DNA of 64,000 nt from Pseudobdellovibrionaceae bacterium (GTDB lineage Bacteria; Bdellovibrionota; Bdellovibrionia; Bdellovibrionales; Bdellovibrionaceae): positions 1-64,000 of the forward strand of contig JBDHWW010000007.1 in assembly GCA_039810425.1 (NCBI GenBank), written 5' to 3'. Below are positions 1 through 12,020 of this stretch, piece by piece. Position 1 is the first letter of the stretch. Each line of letters starts with the position of its first letter. The notes beneath the pieces were generated by a model. The model made no database searches and was not told the DNA's origin. It saw only the letters and a list, made by a program, of their open reading frames with translations. The translations under genes were made by a program, and so were the position numbers.

Positions 1-51
1 TCAAAGAATAACAAGATCGAAGAAGCAGTTTTGCAACTCGTTCAAAATTAA
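1..51 (+). CDS. 3' end of an unknown gene entering from the left
   Basis: Frame 1 is open from base 1 (SKNNKIEEAVLQLVQN) to TAA at 49-51, convergent with the methyltransferase stop. Confidence 0.4.
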   Translation, partial: SKNNKIEEAVLQLVQN

Positions 52-608
52 CCAGACACACAAAATCTTACGCTACCGGATCCCCAAGCACATTCGAGCA
101 AAAGAATCTCGCCTCTCGACGCCAGATGGTCTTTAGCTTTTACAAAGAATTCACGGTGAATGTCCCAGTCTTGGTCAAAATAGACTCTGCGATCAAACTG
201 CCAAATTTCATTATAGTAGTTATGAACATTAAAGTGTGGCGGGTTTCCAACAATAAGGTCAAATTTTTTGCCATGAGAAATCGCCGTCCAGTTATCGCCT
301 TTCGAAATATGCACTCTGCCTAAAAGGCTGTTTTTCATCGCCGTTTTCATTGCTTGGTCAAGAGCGGGGTCGTACACATCAGCCAAATACAGGTTTTTAC
401 AAACGCCCGCACCCAAAAGGGTATAACCGAAAAAACCAGGTCCACTGCGCCATTCATAGCAATTCTCAAAAACCCGTCCCGGAAAAAGCGACTGAACCGT
501 CTGCAGCAGGTCCTCTTTTGTCTGCAATCCGGCTCCGTTAGTTTCCAAAGAGTAAAAAACAGAGATACCCGAGCAGTTTACACTTTCTTCTTTTTGACTT
601 CTAGCCAA
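48..608 (-). CDS. Class I SAM-dependent methyltransferase (small/HemK-like, NPPH motif)
   Basis: Motif I-like EWRSGPG, acidic residue in LADV, and FDLIVGNPPHF motif IV. Confidence 0.75.
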   Translation of the reverse strand: MARSQKEESVNCSGISVFYSLETNGAGLQTKEDLLQTVQSLFPGRVFENCYEWRSGPGFFGYTLLGAGVCKNLYLADVYDPALDQAMKTAMKNSLLGRVHISKGDNWTAISHGKKFDLIVGNPPHFNVHNYYNEIWQFDRRVYFDQDWDIHREFFVKAKDHLASRGEILLLECAWGSGSVRFCVSG

Positions 609-635
609 GGATTAGATCCCTTCCCGTTCTTGACG

Positions 636-1187
636 TTAAATAGCATCTACAGTGATTTGCACAATATCCATATCTTGATCGGAGGAAAAAGCACCGTGCT
701 CGATCTCGGTAGGAGCCATCACAAATTGTGAAAGGCCAGGAATCATGACTTGCTTTGTACCATCCTGCCTATTTGAAAAATAGATACGGCAGCCTTTGCT
801 GCCAGCCACTACTAAAAATAGAATCGGATTGTCCCGGCCGGTAGAACCGTAGTTTGGATCTACATGCAACGGAATGACAGAATTTTTGAAAACTCTTAGT
901 CCTAGAATTTTGAGATCTTTTTTTCCAAAGAGTTTCTCTATCCGTAAAAATCTTTTTCCAGAGAATGCAAAAACTGACATGAGTGGCTTTCCACGACAGT
1001 CGTATACGACATTGTTATGCTCATAAGAAATCTTATTAAAATATTCCCCGATCCGAGCATAGTCCCCTTCCCCGAACGAGAATAATTTTTGGACATTCTC
1101 CTCAACAAGGGCGTACTGCTGGAAGAATAGGTCCGCCAAAGCGGCGCGAATTTCCGTTGTAACTAGAAACTCATTTCCAGAAGTCAT
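636..1187 (-). CDS. Putative 2OG-Fe(II) oxygenase / cupin-fold protein
   Basis: IPLHVD (HxD) plus a distal H (EIEHG) in a beta-rich C-terminal half. Confidence 0.55.
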   Translation of the reverse strand: MTSGNEFLVTTEIRAALADLFFQQYALVEENVQKLFSFGEGDYARIGEYFNKISYEHNNVVYDCRGKPLMSVFAFSGKRFLRIEKLFGKKDLKILGLRVFKNSVIPLHVDPNYGSTGRDNPILFLVVAGSKGCRIYFSNRQDGTKQVMIPGLSQFVMAPTEIEHGAFSSDQDMDIVQITVDAI

Positions 1188-1283
1188 TGCTACGCTCCAT
1201 TCAACAGCCTCGTTTTTCCACGCATTAAACTTTCTTTTGAAAAAACTCTACGACGTCGTATCTGCACCACAAACTCTTTCTTA

Positions 1284-2036
1284 CTATAGCGCCAGAAAAG
1301 TCGCCAGACAAACCATCCAAATTGAGGCGCTGATGTCTAAAAAAATATAGTTGGCGACATGAAGAGTTAAAAGGCCGCCACCAACAAAATATTTACATTT
1401 TCGAAAAAAAATAAGCGGCGAAAAAAGTTCAATCGTGAGAACGCCAAGGGTCAGAAGACTCACTACCCAGGCATTTTCAAAATAGCTTCTGAATTCCGGC
1501 CGGATGGTACTTTGAAAAGATCCTCCACTGAGCCAGCCAACACCCGAGAATCGAATTTTCTGGATTGCAGAAAAAACATAGAGAGAAATAAAAAATACTT
1601 GGAGGTGCCTGACTGGCCAGCCGTCGACCGAAGAAGCCGTCTTTTTAAAAACAAGTCGGTCTAATGAGAAGTGACTCGCATCATCCAGAAAGAACATGTA
1701 AAAACAAAGGAAGAATTCCGGGATGTAGTTGAACAGTACCGCTGAAAAATGCTGGTCGTATTGAGCCACTATTAACGAGCCCAAAACAACAACAAGCTTA
1801 CTTAGTTTTGTGCAAAATCCCAAGCATGCCAGCAAAAGAGCGGCTTTCCATAGCCACTCCAAATAAGAAAAGGCGGCGAAGGGCGGAGATATAAATGGTA
1901 GGTACTTGCCCAAGCCTGAAGGCGACCAAAACTCGGGCCCAAGCTTTGAATAGCCAACCAAACTCAGCGGAAGGTGAATTAGGAATAAAGATCCAAAGAT
2001 AAAAATCCGCAGAAGACTTGCTTTTTTTGCGCTCAT
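1284..2036 (-). CDS. HTTM-domain membrane protein (related to vitamin K-dependent carboxylase family)
   Basis: Polytopic protein with FSLD, LYVFSAIQK...W.SG, E(L)F.P and LH..N motifs typical of HTTM proteins. Confidence 0.7.
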   Translation of the reverse strand: MSAKKASLLRIFIFGSLFLIHLPLSLVGYSKLGPEFWSPSGLGKYLPFISPPFAAFSYLEWLWKAALLLACLGFCTKLSKLVVVLGSLIVAQYDQHFSAVLFNYIPEFFLCFYMFFLDDASHFSLDRLVFKKTASSVDGWPVRHLQVFFISLYVFSAIQKIRFSGVGWLSGGSFQSTIRPEFRSYFENAWVVSLLTLGVLTIELFSPLIFFRKCKYFVGGGLLTLHVANYIFLDISASIWMVCLATFLAL

Positions 2037-2055
2037 GGTTGGAAATAAGAAGGCC

Positions 2056-2447
2056 GTGAAATATTTCAGTGTTCTAATCCTATTCTCTTTTTTAGCTTTG
2101 CAAACTTATTCCGTCGCAATCAATGATGCTATATGGCCGTTTCACAAAATGTCTATGTTTGTTTCAAAAAAAGCTGGCACGTAGGAAAAATCGAGTTCTA
2201 TTTGGTTGACTACGAAGGCAAAGAAATTATGTCTGATGATGTTCTTACATACCCCTTTGGCCCATGGCGTATACAAATTTTGATTCGGAGAAAGTTTAGA
2301 AATGGCACGATTAACAATTTTCTAAACGATTTTTTAAAATATAAAAAAGTGTCTGATCCCGCCGCATATTCAAATATAAAAGGCTTCAGAGTCTACATAT
2401 GTCGCGCCAAAAAAAAGTGTAAAGTCTTAGCGGAAAATTTCGAATGA
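2056..2447 (+). pseudogene. Frameshifted HTTM-partner-like protein (signal anchor + WPF..MF motif)
   Basis: GTG 2056 after AAGAAGG gives MKYFSVLILFSFLALQTYSVAINDAIWPFHKMSMFVSKK, then TAG at 2182. The -1 frame continues from the A7 tract (2166-2172) to TGA 2447. Confidence 0.55.
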
Positions 2448-2463
2448 CGGGGTGTTTTCGTAT

Positions 2464-2502
2464 AAAAAATAACCCACGGCCTTTTTCAAAAACGTGGGTT
2501 AT
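2464..2502 (-). terminator. Intrinsic terminator of the atp F1 operon
   Basis: ATAACCCACG/CGTGGGTTAT 10-bp inverted repeat followed by a U-tract on the minus strand. Confidence 0.7.
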
Positions 2503-2552
2503 GAGCGGGTTTAGCACCCAGATATTTATTTTTTAAATTCTCTGTTTGAACT

Positions 2553-2963
2553 TTACGTCCAAGTTCCAGGAAAGATTTCCATTCCGGTTCTGGCTTTCGC
2601 CACTTCTCTTTGAGCCTCTGCCCATTGCTCTTCATCCAAAGACTCCGAGCTGAGCTTACGCTCTGCTTCGGCCAAAGCCTTCTTGAGATCGTCGATTTGA
2701 AGATCAACAGGAACCGCGGCGTACTCAGCCAAGATGTTAACACCTTGTGGGTTTACCTGGCAGTAACCCCAGCTGATTGCCACCCTTTGCTCAGATTGAC
2801 CTTTGAGTTTGTATCTCAAAATACCCGTCTCTAGCGTCGTGATCAGAGGAGCGTGACCAGGAAGAATATTGAGTTCCCCTTTGAAAGCCGGGACTGTCAC
2901 TTCATCAATTTCTTGATTGATGACGAGTCTTTTTTCCGGAGTCACGAGTGTTAGTGTAAACAT
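2553..2963 (-). CDS. atpC: ATP synthase F1 epsilon
   Basis: LVTPE, GELNILPGHAPLIT; last gene of the operon. Confidence 0.95.
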   Translation of the reverse strand: MFTLTLVTPEKRLVINQEIDEVTVPAFKGELNILPGHAPLITTLETGILRYKLKGQSEQRVAISWGYCQVNPQGVNILAEYAAVPVDLQIDDLKKALAEAERKLSSESLDEEQWAEAQREVAKARTGMEIFPGTWT

Positions 2964-2972
2964 AAGTTATCC

Positions 2973-4391
<1,419 letters not shown>

Positions 4392-4394
4392 CTA

Positions 4395-5276
4395 TTATTT
4401 CAGCGCCTCTGCGCCCGACACGATTTCAGTTAATTCTGTAGTAATTTTTTCTTGTCTCAATTTGTTGTATGTCAGCGTGTAAGAGTTGATCATCTCTTTC
4501 GCGTTGTTGGTCGCATTTTCCATCGCGGTCATGCGAGCGCCATGTTCTGCAGCCACAGATTCAGACATACTTCTGTAAACCTGAAGGTCGAAATGCTTCA
4601 CCAGCAATTGTTCAATAATTTGCTGAGGAGCCGGTTCGAAAATCATATCGACAGAGAAACCCACTGCTGTTCCAGTCGTATCAAAAGAAGTCTTTTGAAC
4701 GTCGATGGGCAAAAGAGTTTCGCAAACCACTTCTTGAGAGATCGCTGATTTGAACTCATTGTAAATCAAACGAATCTCATCATAGTCACCAGCCAGGTAT
4801 TGCTTCATCAAGCGATCCGCCACGTGCGAAGCCAAGTCATATGAAATGTCCTTGTCCAAGCGAGTGATAGCATCGATGGCTTTGTAGCCTTTCTTAGTGA
4901 AGTAATCATTCCCTTTACGACCGATGAAAAGGAAGTCGATCTTTTCTAGTTGTTTTACATTTTGCTTATAATAGTTCTCTGCGAATTTGTTGATGCTCGC
5001 GTTAAAACCACCGCAAAGACCACGATCCGAAGTCAAAACCACCAAAAGCACTTTTTTAACTTCTGGTTTTTGCTCCATCAGCGGATGAGAAACTTTGTTA
5101 GTGATAGCGATATCAGCGATTACTTTTCGCAAAGTAAGAGCGTAAGGACGCATATTTTGAATATTATTCTGCGCCTTACGTAATTTCGCGGCAGAGACGA
5201 GTTTCATCGCCTTTGTGATCTGCTGCGTATTTTTAGTGGACTCAATCCGAGCCCTGATATCCTTTAAGCTGGCCAT
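4395..5276 (-). CDS. atpG: ATP synthase F1 gamma
   Basis: ITKAMKLV, DRGLCG, RQEKITTEL. Confidence 0.99.
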   Translation of the reverse strand: MASLKDIRARIESTKNTQQITKAMKLVSAAKLRKAQNNIQNMRPYALTLRKVIADIAITNKVSHPLMEQKPEVKKVLLVVLTSDRGLCGGFNASINKFAENYYKQNVKQLEKIDFLFIGRKGNDYFTKKGYKAIDAITRLDKDISYDLASHVADRLMKQYLAGDYDEIRLIYNEFKSAISQEVVCETLLPIDVQKTSFDTTGTAVGFSVDMIFEPAPQQIIEQLLVKHFDLQVYRSMSESVAAEHGARMTAMENATNNAKEMINSYTLTYNKLRQEKITTELTEIVSGAEALK

Positions 5277-5288
5277 TGAGGCACCCTA

Positions 5289-7359
<2,071 letters not shown>

Positions 7360-7363
<4 letters not shown>

Positions 7364-7932
7364 GGATTTACCGCCTGTACTTTATTAACGAATTCACTTT
7401 GAAGTTTTTGGTGGTCGGCAGAACCGATGTCTTTAGAAAGGACCGCCTTTGCTGCCGCCAAAGAGTCTTTCAGAAGTTGTTCGCGAAGATGTGTGTGCGC
7501 CTTTTGGATTTCGATCTTCGCAGTTTGTTCAGCTTCGTTCTTAATACGAGCTGCTTGCTCTTGGGCTTCTTTAATCAACGACAGCTTCATGTCGTTTGCT
7601 TCCGCTTTTGCGCGAGCTAAACTGTCGTCTTGAGAAGCCTCTAGCTGATCGAGCTTATGTTTGATGTCTACGAATTGCTTCTCAGCGGCTTCGCGAGCCG
7701 CTTGAGATTTTTGAGCTGCAGCCAAGTAGCCCGTTTTTCGACTAGAGTAGAATTTTACAACCGTGCCTCTTAAAATATAGAAAATACCGCCGAACAAAAT
7801 AGCTACATTTATTGCTTGATATAAGACAACCCTGGGAACTTCAATTGGTCCTGACTCATGCTCGCCGTGGCCACCCGCCGCGAAAGTTGCGCTTGTTCCA
7901 AGTACCAAAAGAAACGGAATCCACTTATTCAT
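7360..7932 (-). CDS. atpF: ATP synthase Fo subunit b
   Basis: TM segment (QAINVAIL) followed by Ala/Glu/Lys coiled coil; position in operon. Confidence 0.9.
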
Positions 7933-7942
7933 ATTGTCTCTC

Positions 7943-8377
7943 TTACTTTCCCAAAAGCTTTTGAGTGATCGCGACGGATACGTTTGTAGTTTCCGCCCTC
8001 AGCGCCGCCGTTGTGGCTTGAATAGATTTCGCAATTTTTTGATTGTTCGCTTCGAGCAACGAGGTGGCCTCGGTTCGGGCCCTGCCAACAAGGGTATCGA
8101 ACTCTTTCAGAGCATCTGAACGATGGGCATCGTAGATGTCTTTGATTTTCTTCGTCACTTCTTTTGCTTTAGTTTGGTACTCAGAGTGAAGCTCGGTCGA
8201 CTTTTTTTGGAACTCTTGTGCCAAGTCTTCGCCGCCTAAAGTGCGCTTTTCGCGCTCTTCGAGAGCTTTGTAATATGGTGTAAAGAGATACAAATTTAAA
8301 AAGAAGAACGCACAAATAAAAATTCCGAACTGGATCAGTGCGGTCCCATTAATTCCTAATTGGTGGATAATTTCCAT
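7943..8377 (-). CDS. ATP synthase Fo subunit b'
   Basis: N-terminal TM, LF.PY..ALEERE and coiled coil; ATG 8377 chosen. Confidence 0.88.
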   Translation of the reverse strand: MEIIHQLGINGTALIQFGIFICAFFFLNLYLFTPYYKALEEREKRTLGGEDLAQEFQKKSTELHSEYQTKAKEVTKKIKDIYDAHRSDALKEFDTLVGRARTEATSLLEANNQKIAKSIQATTAALRAETTNVSVAITQKLLGK

Positions 8378-8412
8378 TTTATTGAAATCCCTGCTGTTTT
8401 TTTGGAACCTCG

Positions 8413-8442
8413 GGATTAGCATTTTTGGAAATAAATGGTCAA
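8413..8442 (-). promoter_or_regulatory. Putative sigma70 promoter of the atp operon
   Basis: TTGACC-N18-TAATCC, with TG extended -10. Confidence 0.4.
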
Positions 8443-8483
8443 GGTGAAACTGGCTTTAAATCAGCGTAAACAAAGGACTTTGA

Positions 8484-8849
8484 CTAGGACTTCGGCATGT
8501 AAGAAGCACCCTCAAAAACGACACCTTCGTCGATTCGAAGGCTTGGCGAAGTTACGGTGCCTTTAAAAACCGCGGGCGGGTGCATTATAACTCTGCGGCG
8601 AGCAAAGAGATTTCCCTCCACGCGGCCAGAAATAATGATGGTGTCAGCCTCAACTTGTGCTTGGATATTGGCGGTGTTGTTAATTACCACCGTATCGTTA
8701 GTAAAGATTTCACCGACGAACTCACCGCCGATTTGGACCGTGCCCTCAAAGCTGAGCTTTCCCTCAAAACGAGTCCCATAGTCTAATATAGACGTTACGT
8801 GACCCGTGAGAAAATCATCATTGCCAGTAAGAGCTTTTAGTTCCGCCAT
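8484..8849 (-). CDS. Bactofilin (polymer-forming cytoskeletal protein)
   Basis: Beta-helix repeats: FEGKLSFEGTVQIGG...ISGRVEGNL...LRIDEGVVFEG. Confidence 0.92.
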   Translation of the reverse strand: MAELKALTGNDDFLTGHVTSILDYGTRFEGKLSFEGTVQIGGEFVGEIFTNDTVVINNTANIQAQVEADTIIISGRVEGNLFARRRVIMHPPAVFKGTVTSPSLRIDEGVVFEGASYMPKS

Positions 8850-9883
8850 CCTTGTTTCAACCTATCCACGATTTGAGTCAGCTCATCATCTGAATAGAAA
8901 TGAACCGCAATTTTTCCTCTGGAATTAGCATAATCAATATTGACCTTGGTTCCTAGGATCTTTTGCAGTTCATCGCAAAGGCCCGAAATGAGTCTCTGCG
9001 TCACGTTTTGATCGATGGTCGACTCACGCTCAGGGGAGGAGCTTGGATTTTGAGCGTCAGCCACCATTTTTTCCAATTTACGTACAGAAAGTTTATCACT
9101 GATAACCTTCTTCGCGAACTCTAGTTGCATCTTTGCGTCCGGCAAAGACAAAAGTACCTTTGCATGGCCTACAGAAAGTACGCCATCAACGATGAGTTTT
9201 TTGGCCTCGATAGGGAGGGACAACAGACGAACCGCATTCGCCACAGTTGCGCGATCACGGCCCACCTTATCTGCCACTTGTTGTTGAGACATTTTAAACT
9301 CATTAATAAGACGGGCGTAACCATCGGCCTCTTCAATTGGATTCAAATCTTCACGTTGAATATTTTCGATAATCGCAAGTTCAAGAGTCTCTTGGTCATC
9401 AAAATTCTTAATCAAAACTGGAACTTCATGCAGCCCTGCCAACTGCGCGGCCCTCCATCGGCGCTCGCCCGCGACAATCTCAAGTCGGCCCCCGGTGATT
9501 TTGCGTGCAATGATCGGCTGAAGAATACCGTTTTCCTTAATGGATTGAGCAAGCTCTTGAAGGGCTTCTTTTTCAAAACTCTTGCGCGGCTGAAATTGGC
9601 CTGAGGCCAGTTTATCTATGGCAACCTGCCAAACTTTTCCCTCAGTATTAACAGGAGCCGCCGCCATCACAACTGCGGACGTTGCAACACTCGGTGTCGA
9701 CTTCGCCGTGGCGCCTGCAAAGTTCTGAACCGGCTTGTTTTGAATAACCTTTTGAGTATCCAAATTGTCAGCCATCGTCTTGCTCGCCATACCTTCGGCT
9801 GCAGGGCCTCCACCCAACAAAGATCCGAGGCCGCGTCCTAGGCCCTTCTTTTTGTTAGTGTTTTCAGCATTTAAATCAGACAT
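8837..9883 (-). CDS. parB: ParB/Spo0J partition protein
   Basis: LGRGLGSLL, QPRK, GILQP, GERRWRA, ENIQRE and HTH. Confidence 0.97.
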   Translation of the reverse strand: MSDLNAENTNKKKGLGRGLGSLLGGGPAAEGMASKTMADNLDTQKVIQNKPVQNFAGATAKSTPSVATSAVVMAAAPVNTEGKVWQVAIDKLASGQFQPRKSFEKEALQELAQSIKENGILQPIIARKITGGRLEIVAGERRWRAAQLAGLHEVPVLIKNFDDQETLELAIIENIQREDLNPIEEADGYARLINEFKMSQQQVADKVGRDRATVANAVRLLSLPIEAKKLIVDGVLSVGHAKVLLSLPDAKMQLEFAKKVISDKLSVRKLEKMVADAQNPSSSPERESTIDQNVTQRLISGLCDELQKILGTKVNIDYANSRGKIAVHFYSDDELTQIVDRLKQGWRN

Positions 9884-10688
9884 TTACAGTCTCCTGTTGC
9901 GGTCTTTGTTCGGTTGCCTTTACCATCGTTCGCTGCTCAACTTCTTTGGCAAGGTCGTAGTACTTGGTCGCGCCGATTGATTTTTGATCATATTCAAAGA
10001 TGGATTGGCCATGGCTAGGCGCTTCGCTTAAACGAACATTTCTAGGAATGATCGCATTGAAAACCTTGTCACCAAAATGGTTCTTAATCTCAGTCACAAC
10101 TTGGTGGCTGAGATTATTTCTCGTATCAAACATCGTTAAAACGATTCCCTCGATATGCAACTGCGGGTTGAGATTTTTCTTAATCAGCCCTGCGGTATTG
10201 AGAAGCTGGCTTAAGCCTTCGAGGGCGTAGTATTCGCATTGCAGCGGAACTAAGAAACTGTCTGCCGCTGTGAGCGCATTTAATGTCAGTAGGCCCAATG
10301 ACGGCGGGCAATCAATAAGAATATAGTCGTAAAGCTCGCCTATGCTCGCAATTGCAGACTTTAGTCTGTATTCTCGCTGCGGCATGTCAACAAGCTCTAT
10401 TTCGGCGCCGACTAGATCTGGATTTGCTGTGATTACTTGTAGGTTCTCATCTTTTGTTTTTTGAATAGTCTCTTGAATATCTCTTTCGCCAATCAAGACG
10501 TGGTAGACGTTCGAATCCTGGCTCTCGTATCGCTTGATGCCCAGGCCGCTGGACGCATTTCCTTGCGGATCCATGTCAATAAGTAGGACCTTCTTACCTA
10601 GCGATGCCAAAGCAGAAGAAAGGTTTACTGAAGTAGTGGTCTTGCCTACTCCGCCCTTTTGATTAGCTATGCAAATTGTCTTAGCCAT
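9876..10688 (-). CDS. parA: ParA/Soj ATPase
   Basis: NQKGGVGKTT, DMDPQGN, DCPPSLG. Confidence 0.98.
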   Translation of the reverse strand: MAKTICIANQKGGVGKTTTSVNLSSALASLGKKVLLIDMDPQGNASSGLGIKRYESQDSNVYHVLIGERDIQETIQKTKDENLQVITANPDLVGAEIELVDMPQREYRLKSAIASIGELYDYILIDCPPSLGLLTLNALTAADSFLVPLQCEYYALEGLSQLLNTAGLIKKNLNPQLHIEGIVLTMFDTRNNLSHQVVTEIKNHFGDKVFNAIIPRNVRLSEAPSHGQSIFEYDQKSIGATKYYDLAKEVEQRTMVKATEQRPQQETVNV

Positions 10689-10752
10689 ATTCAATTCCTC
10701 CGTGATCTATCAAAAGTCCTGCATTTTTTTCATGATGGCAAGTTTTTCCTAA

Positions 10753-10768
10753 TGTTTTACGTAAAAAA
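10753..10768. promoter_or_regulatory. Degenerate parS-like site
   Basis: TGTTTTACGTAAAAAA, 3 mismatches to TGTTTCACGTGAAACA, next to a stronger site. Confidence 0.35.
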
Positions 10769-10773
10769 TCCGA

Positions 10774-10789
10774 TGTTCCACGTAGAACA
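10774..10789. promoter_or_regulatory. parS site
   Basis: TGTTCCACGTAGAACA just upstream of parA, within a longer palindrome at 10770-10793. Confidence 0.8.
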
Positions 10790-10799
10790 TCGGGTGACC

Positions 10800-11330
10800 A
10801 TGCGTATTTTCGCTATTTTTTTTATAACTATCGGTCTTTTTGGCTGCAATAAGCCCAATCCGAATCCGGAATTGGCAGATGAGATCTATCAAGACCTTAC
10901 CACGAGAGCTGGAGAGGTGAAAAAAGAGGCCGAGGCGGAAAAAAAGAAGCTCGAAGGCTTTAAAAAAGACGTCGAAAAGGCCGTCCCGCAAACTGGCGAA
11001 ATTAAGTACGCTCAAAAACGATATTTTGAGTCTGAGTTACGGGTTCAAAAACTTGAGCAGCTTGCAAAGTACTACGAGATAAAATCCGCAAACAGAATGC
11101 ACTATACACAAAGCGAGTATCTCAAAGCCTTTAAAGTCGGTAAACCGTGGCCCACAGAGGAAGAGCTTACAGCTTACAAGCAATACAAACTCTCATCCCA
11201 ACTAGATGGCGGTTGGGATTCGCGTAAACGTGTGAAGGCATATGAAAAAGATCGCGGAATCGCATCAGAGAGTTTAAAAAGTACAGAAAATGGTACAAAA
11301 AAACCCGAATCTGAGCCAAAGGGCGAGTAA
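10800..11330 (+). CDS. Hypothetical lipoprotein, helical/coiled-coil
   Basis: MRIFAIFFITIGLFGC lipobox from ATG 10800. Confidence 0.8.
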   Translation: MRIFAIFFITIGLFGCNKPNPNPELADEIYQDLTTRAGEVKKEAEAEKKKLEGFKKDVEKAVPQTGEIKYAQKRYFESELRVQKLEQLAKYYEIKSANRMHYTQSEYLKAFKVGKPWPTEEELTAYKQYKLSSQLDGGWDSRKRVKAYEKDRGIASESLKSTENGTKKPESEPKGE

Positions 11331-11342
11331 TCGGGTCAAATA

Positions 11343-11358
11343 TGTTCTACGTGGAACA
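11343..11358. promoter_or_regulatory. parS site
   Basis: TGTTCTACGTGGAACA, the exact reverse complement of the 10774 site. Confidence 0.8.
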
Positions 11359-11360
11359 AA

Positions 11361-12020
11361 TCAGGCTAACTTATCTGTCTTAATCACCGAAAACTTCACT
11401 TCACCAATCGGTAAGCGGTACTCGCCCACTAATCCTGGCGTCCACAGAGAACAAAGCTGAATCGGAATTTCAGAAACTTCCATCCCCCATTGTTCCCCCT
11501 TAAGGTGGTATACGATACCGCCCTTTGGAACAATCTTACGAAGTAGAAGAATGACTTTCGAAATTGAAGCAAGTCCTCGTGTCATCACATACTGTACACT
11601 GCCCTCTTTCAAAGTATCAGGCTTTATATTCAAAACATCCGCGTTCGGAATCTGGGCAACCGCAATGACGTGTTTTAAAAACTCACACTTACGTTGGTCC
11701 GGATCGACGACGTGAACTTTAATTTTTGGATTTAAAATAGCAAAAACAAGCCCTGGAAATCCATTGCCTAAACTTAGGTCGTAGATTTCACTCATTCGTG
11801 AATTAGCCTTAGCTATGACGCGCGATGCCAGAATGCTGTCGGCAAAATGAAGAGCGTCTGCCATCGGAATAGTTTTTGGAGAAACCAAACTCAACGTCTT
11901 ATTAAATTTTGCGAGCTCTTCGTTGTAGGTTTTAAACTGCTTTTGAACCTCTGGACTCAAGTCTGAAAACCAGGCTTCCAGACGCCAGTGATTAGTTGGT
12001 AATTCTTGATTCTCCGACAA
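11361..12020 (-). CDS. rsmG: 16S rRNA m7G527 methyltransferase
   Basis: HFADS, GNGFPG, RKCEFL, LKG; follows mnmG. Confidence 0.9.
   Translation of the reverse strand: MSENQELPTNHWRLEAWFSDLSPEVQKQFKTYNEELAKFNKTLSLVSPKTIPMADALHFADSILASRVIAKANSRMSEIYDLSLGNGFPGLVFAILNPKIKVHVVDPDQRKCEFLKHVIAVAQIPNADVLNIKPDTLKEGSVQYVMTRGLASISKVILLLRKIVPKGGIVYHLKGEQWGMEVSEIPIQLCSLWTPGLVGEYRLPIGEVKFSVIKTDKLA

Noticed and set aside
10659..10799. N-terminal extension of the lipoprotein ORF
   Set aside because: It overlaps parA and the parS sites (MFHVEH is simply translated parS). The lipobox supports ATG 10800.
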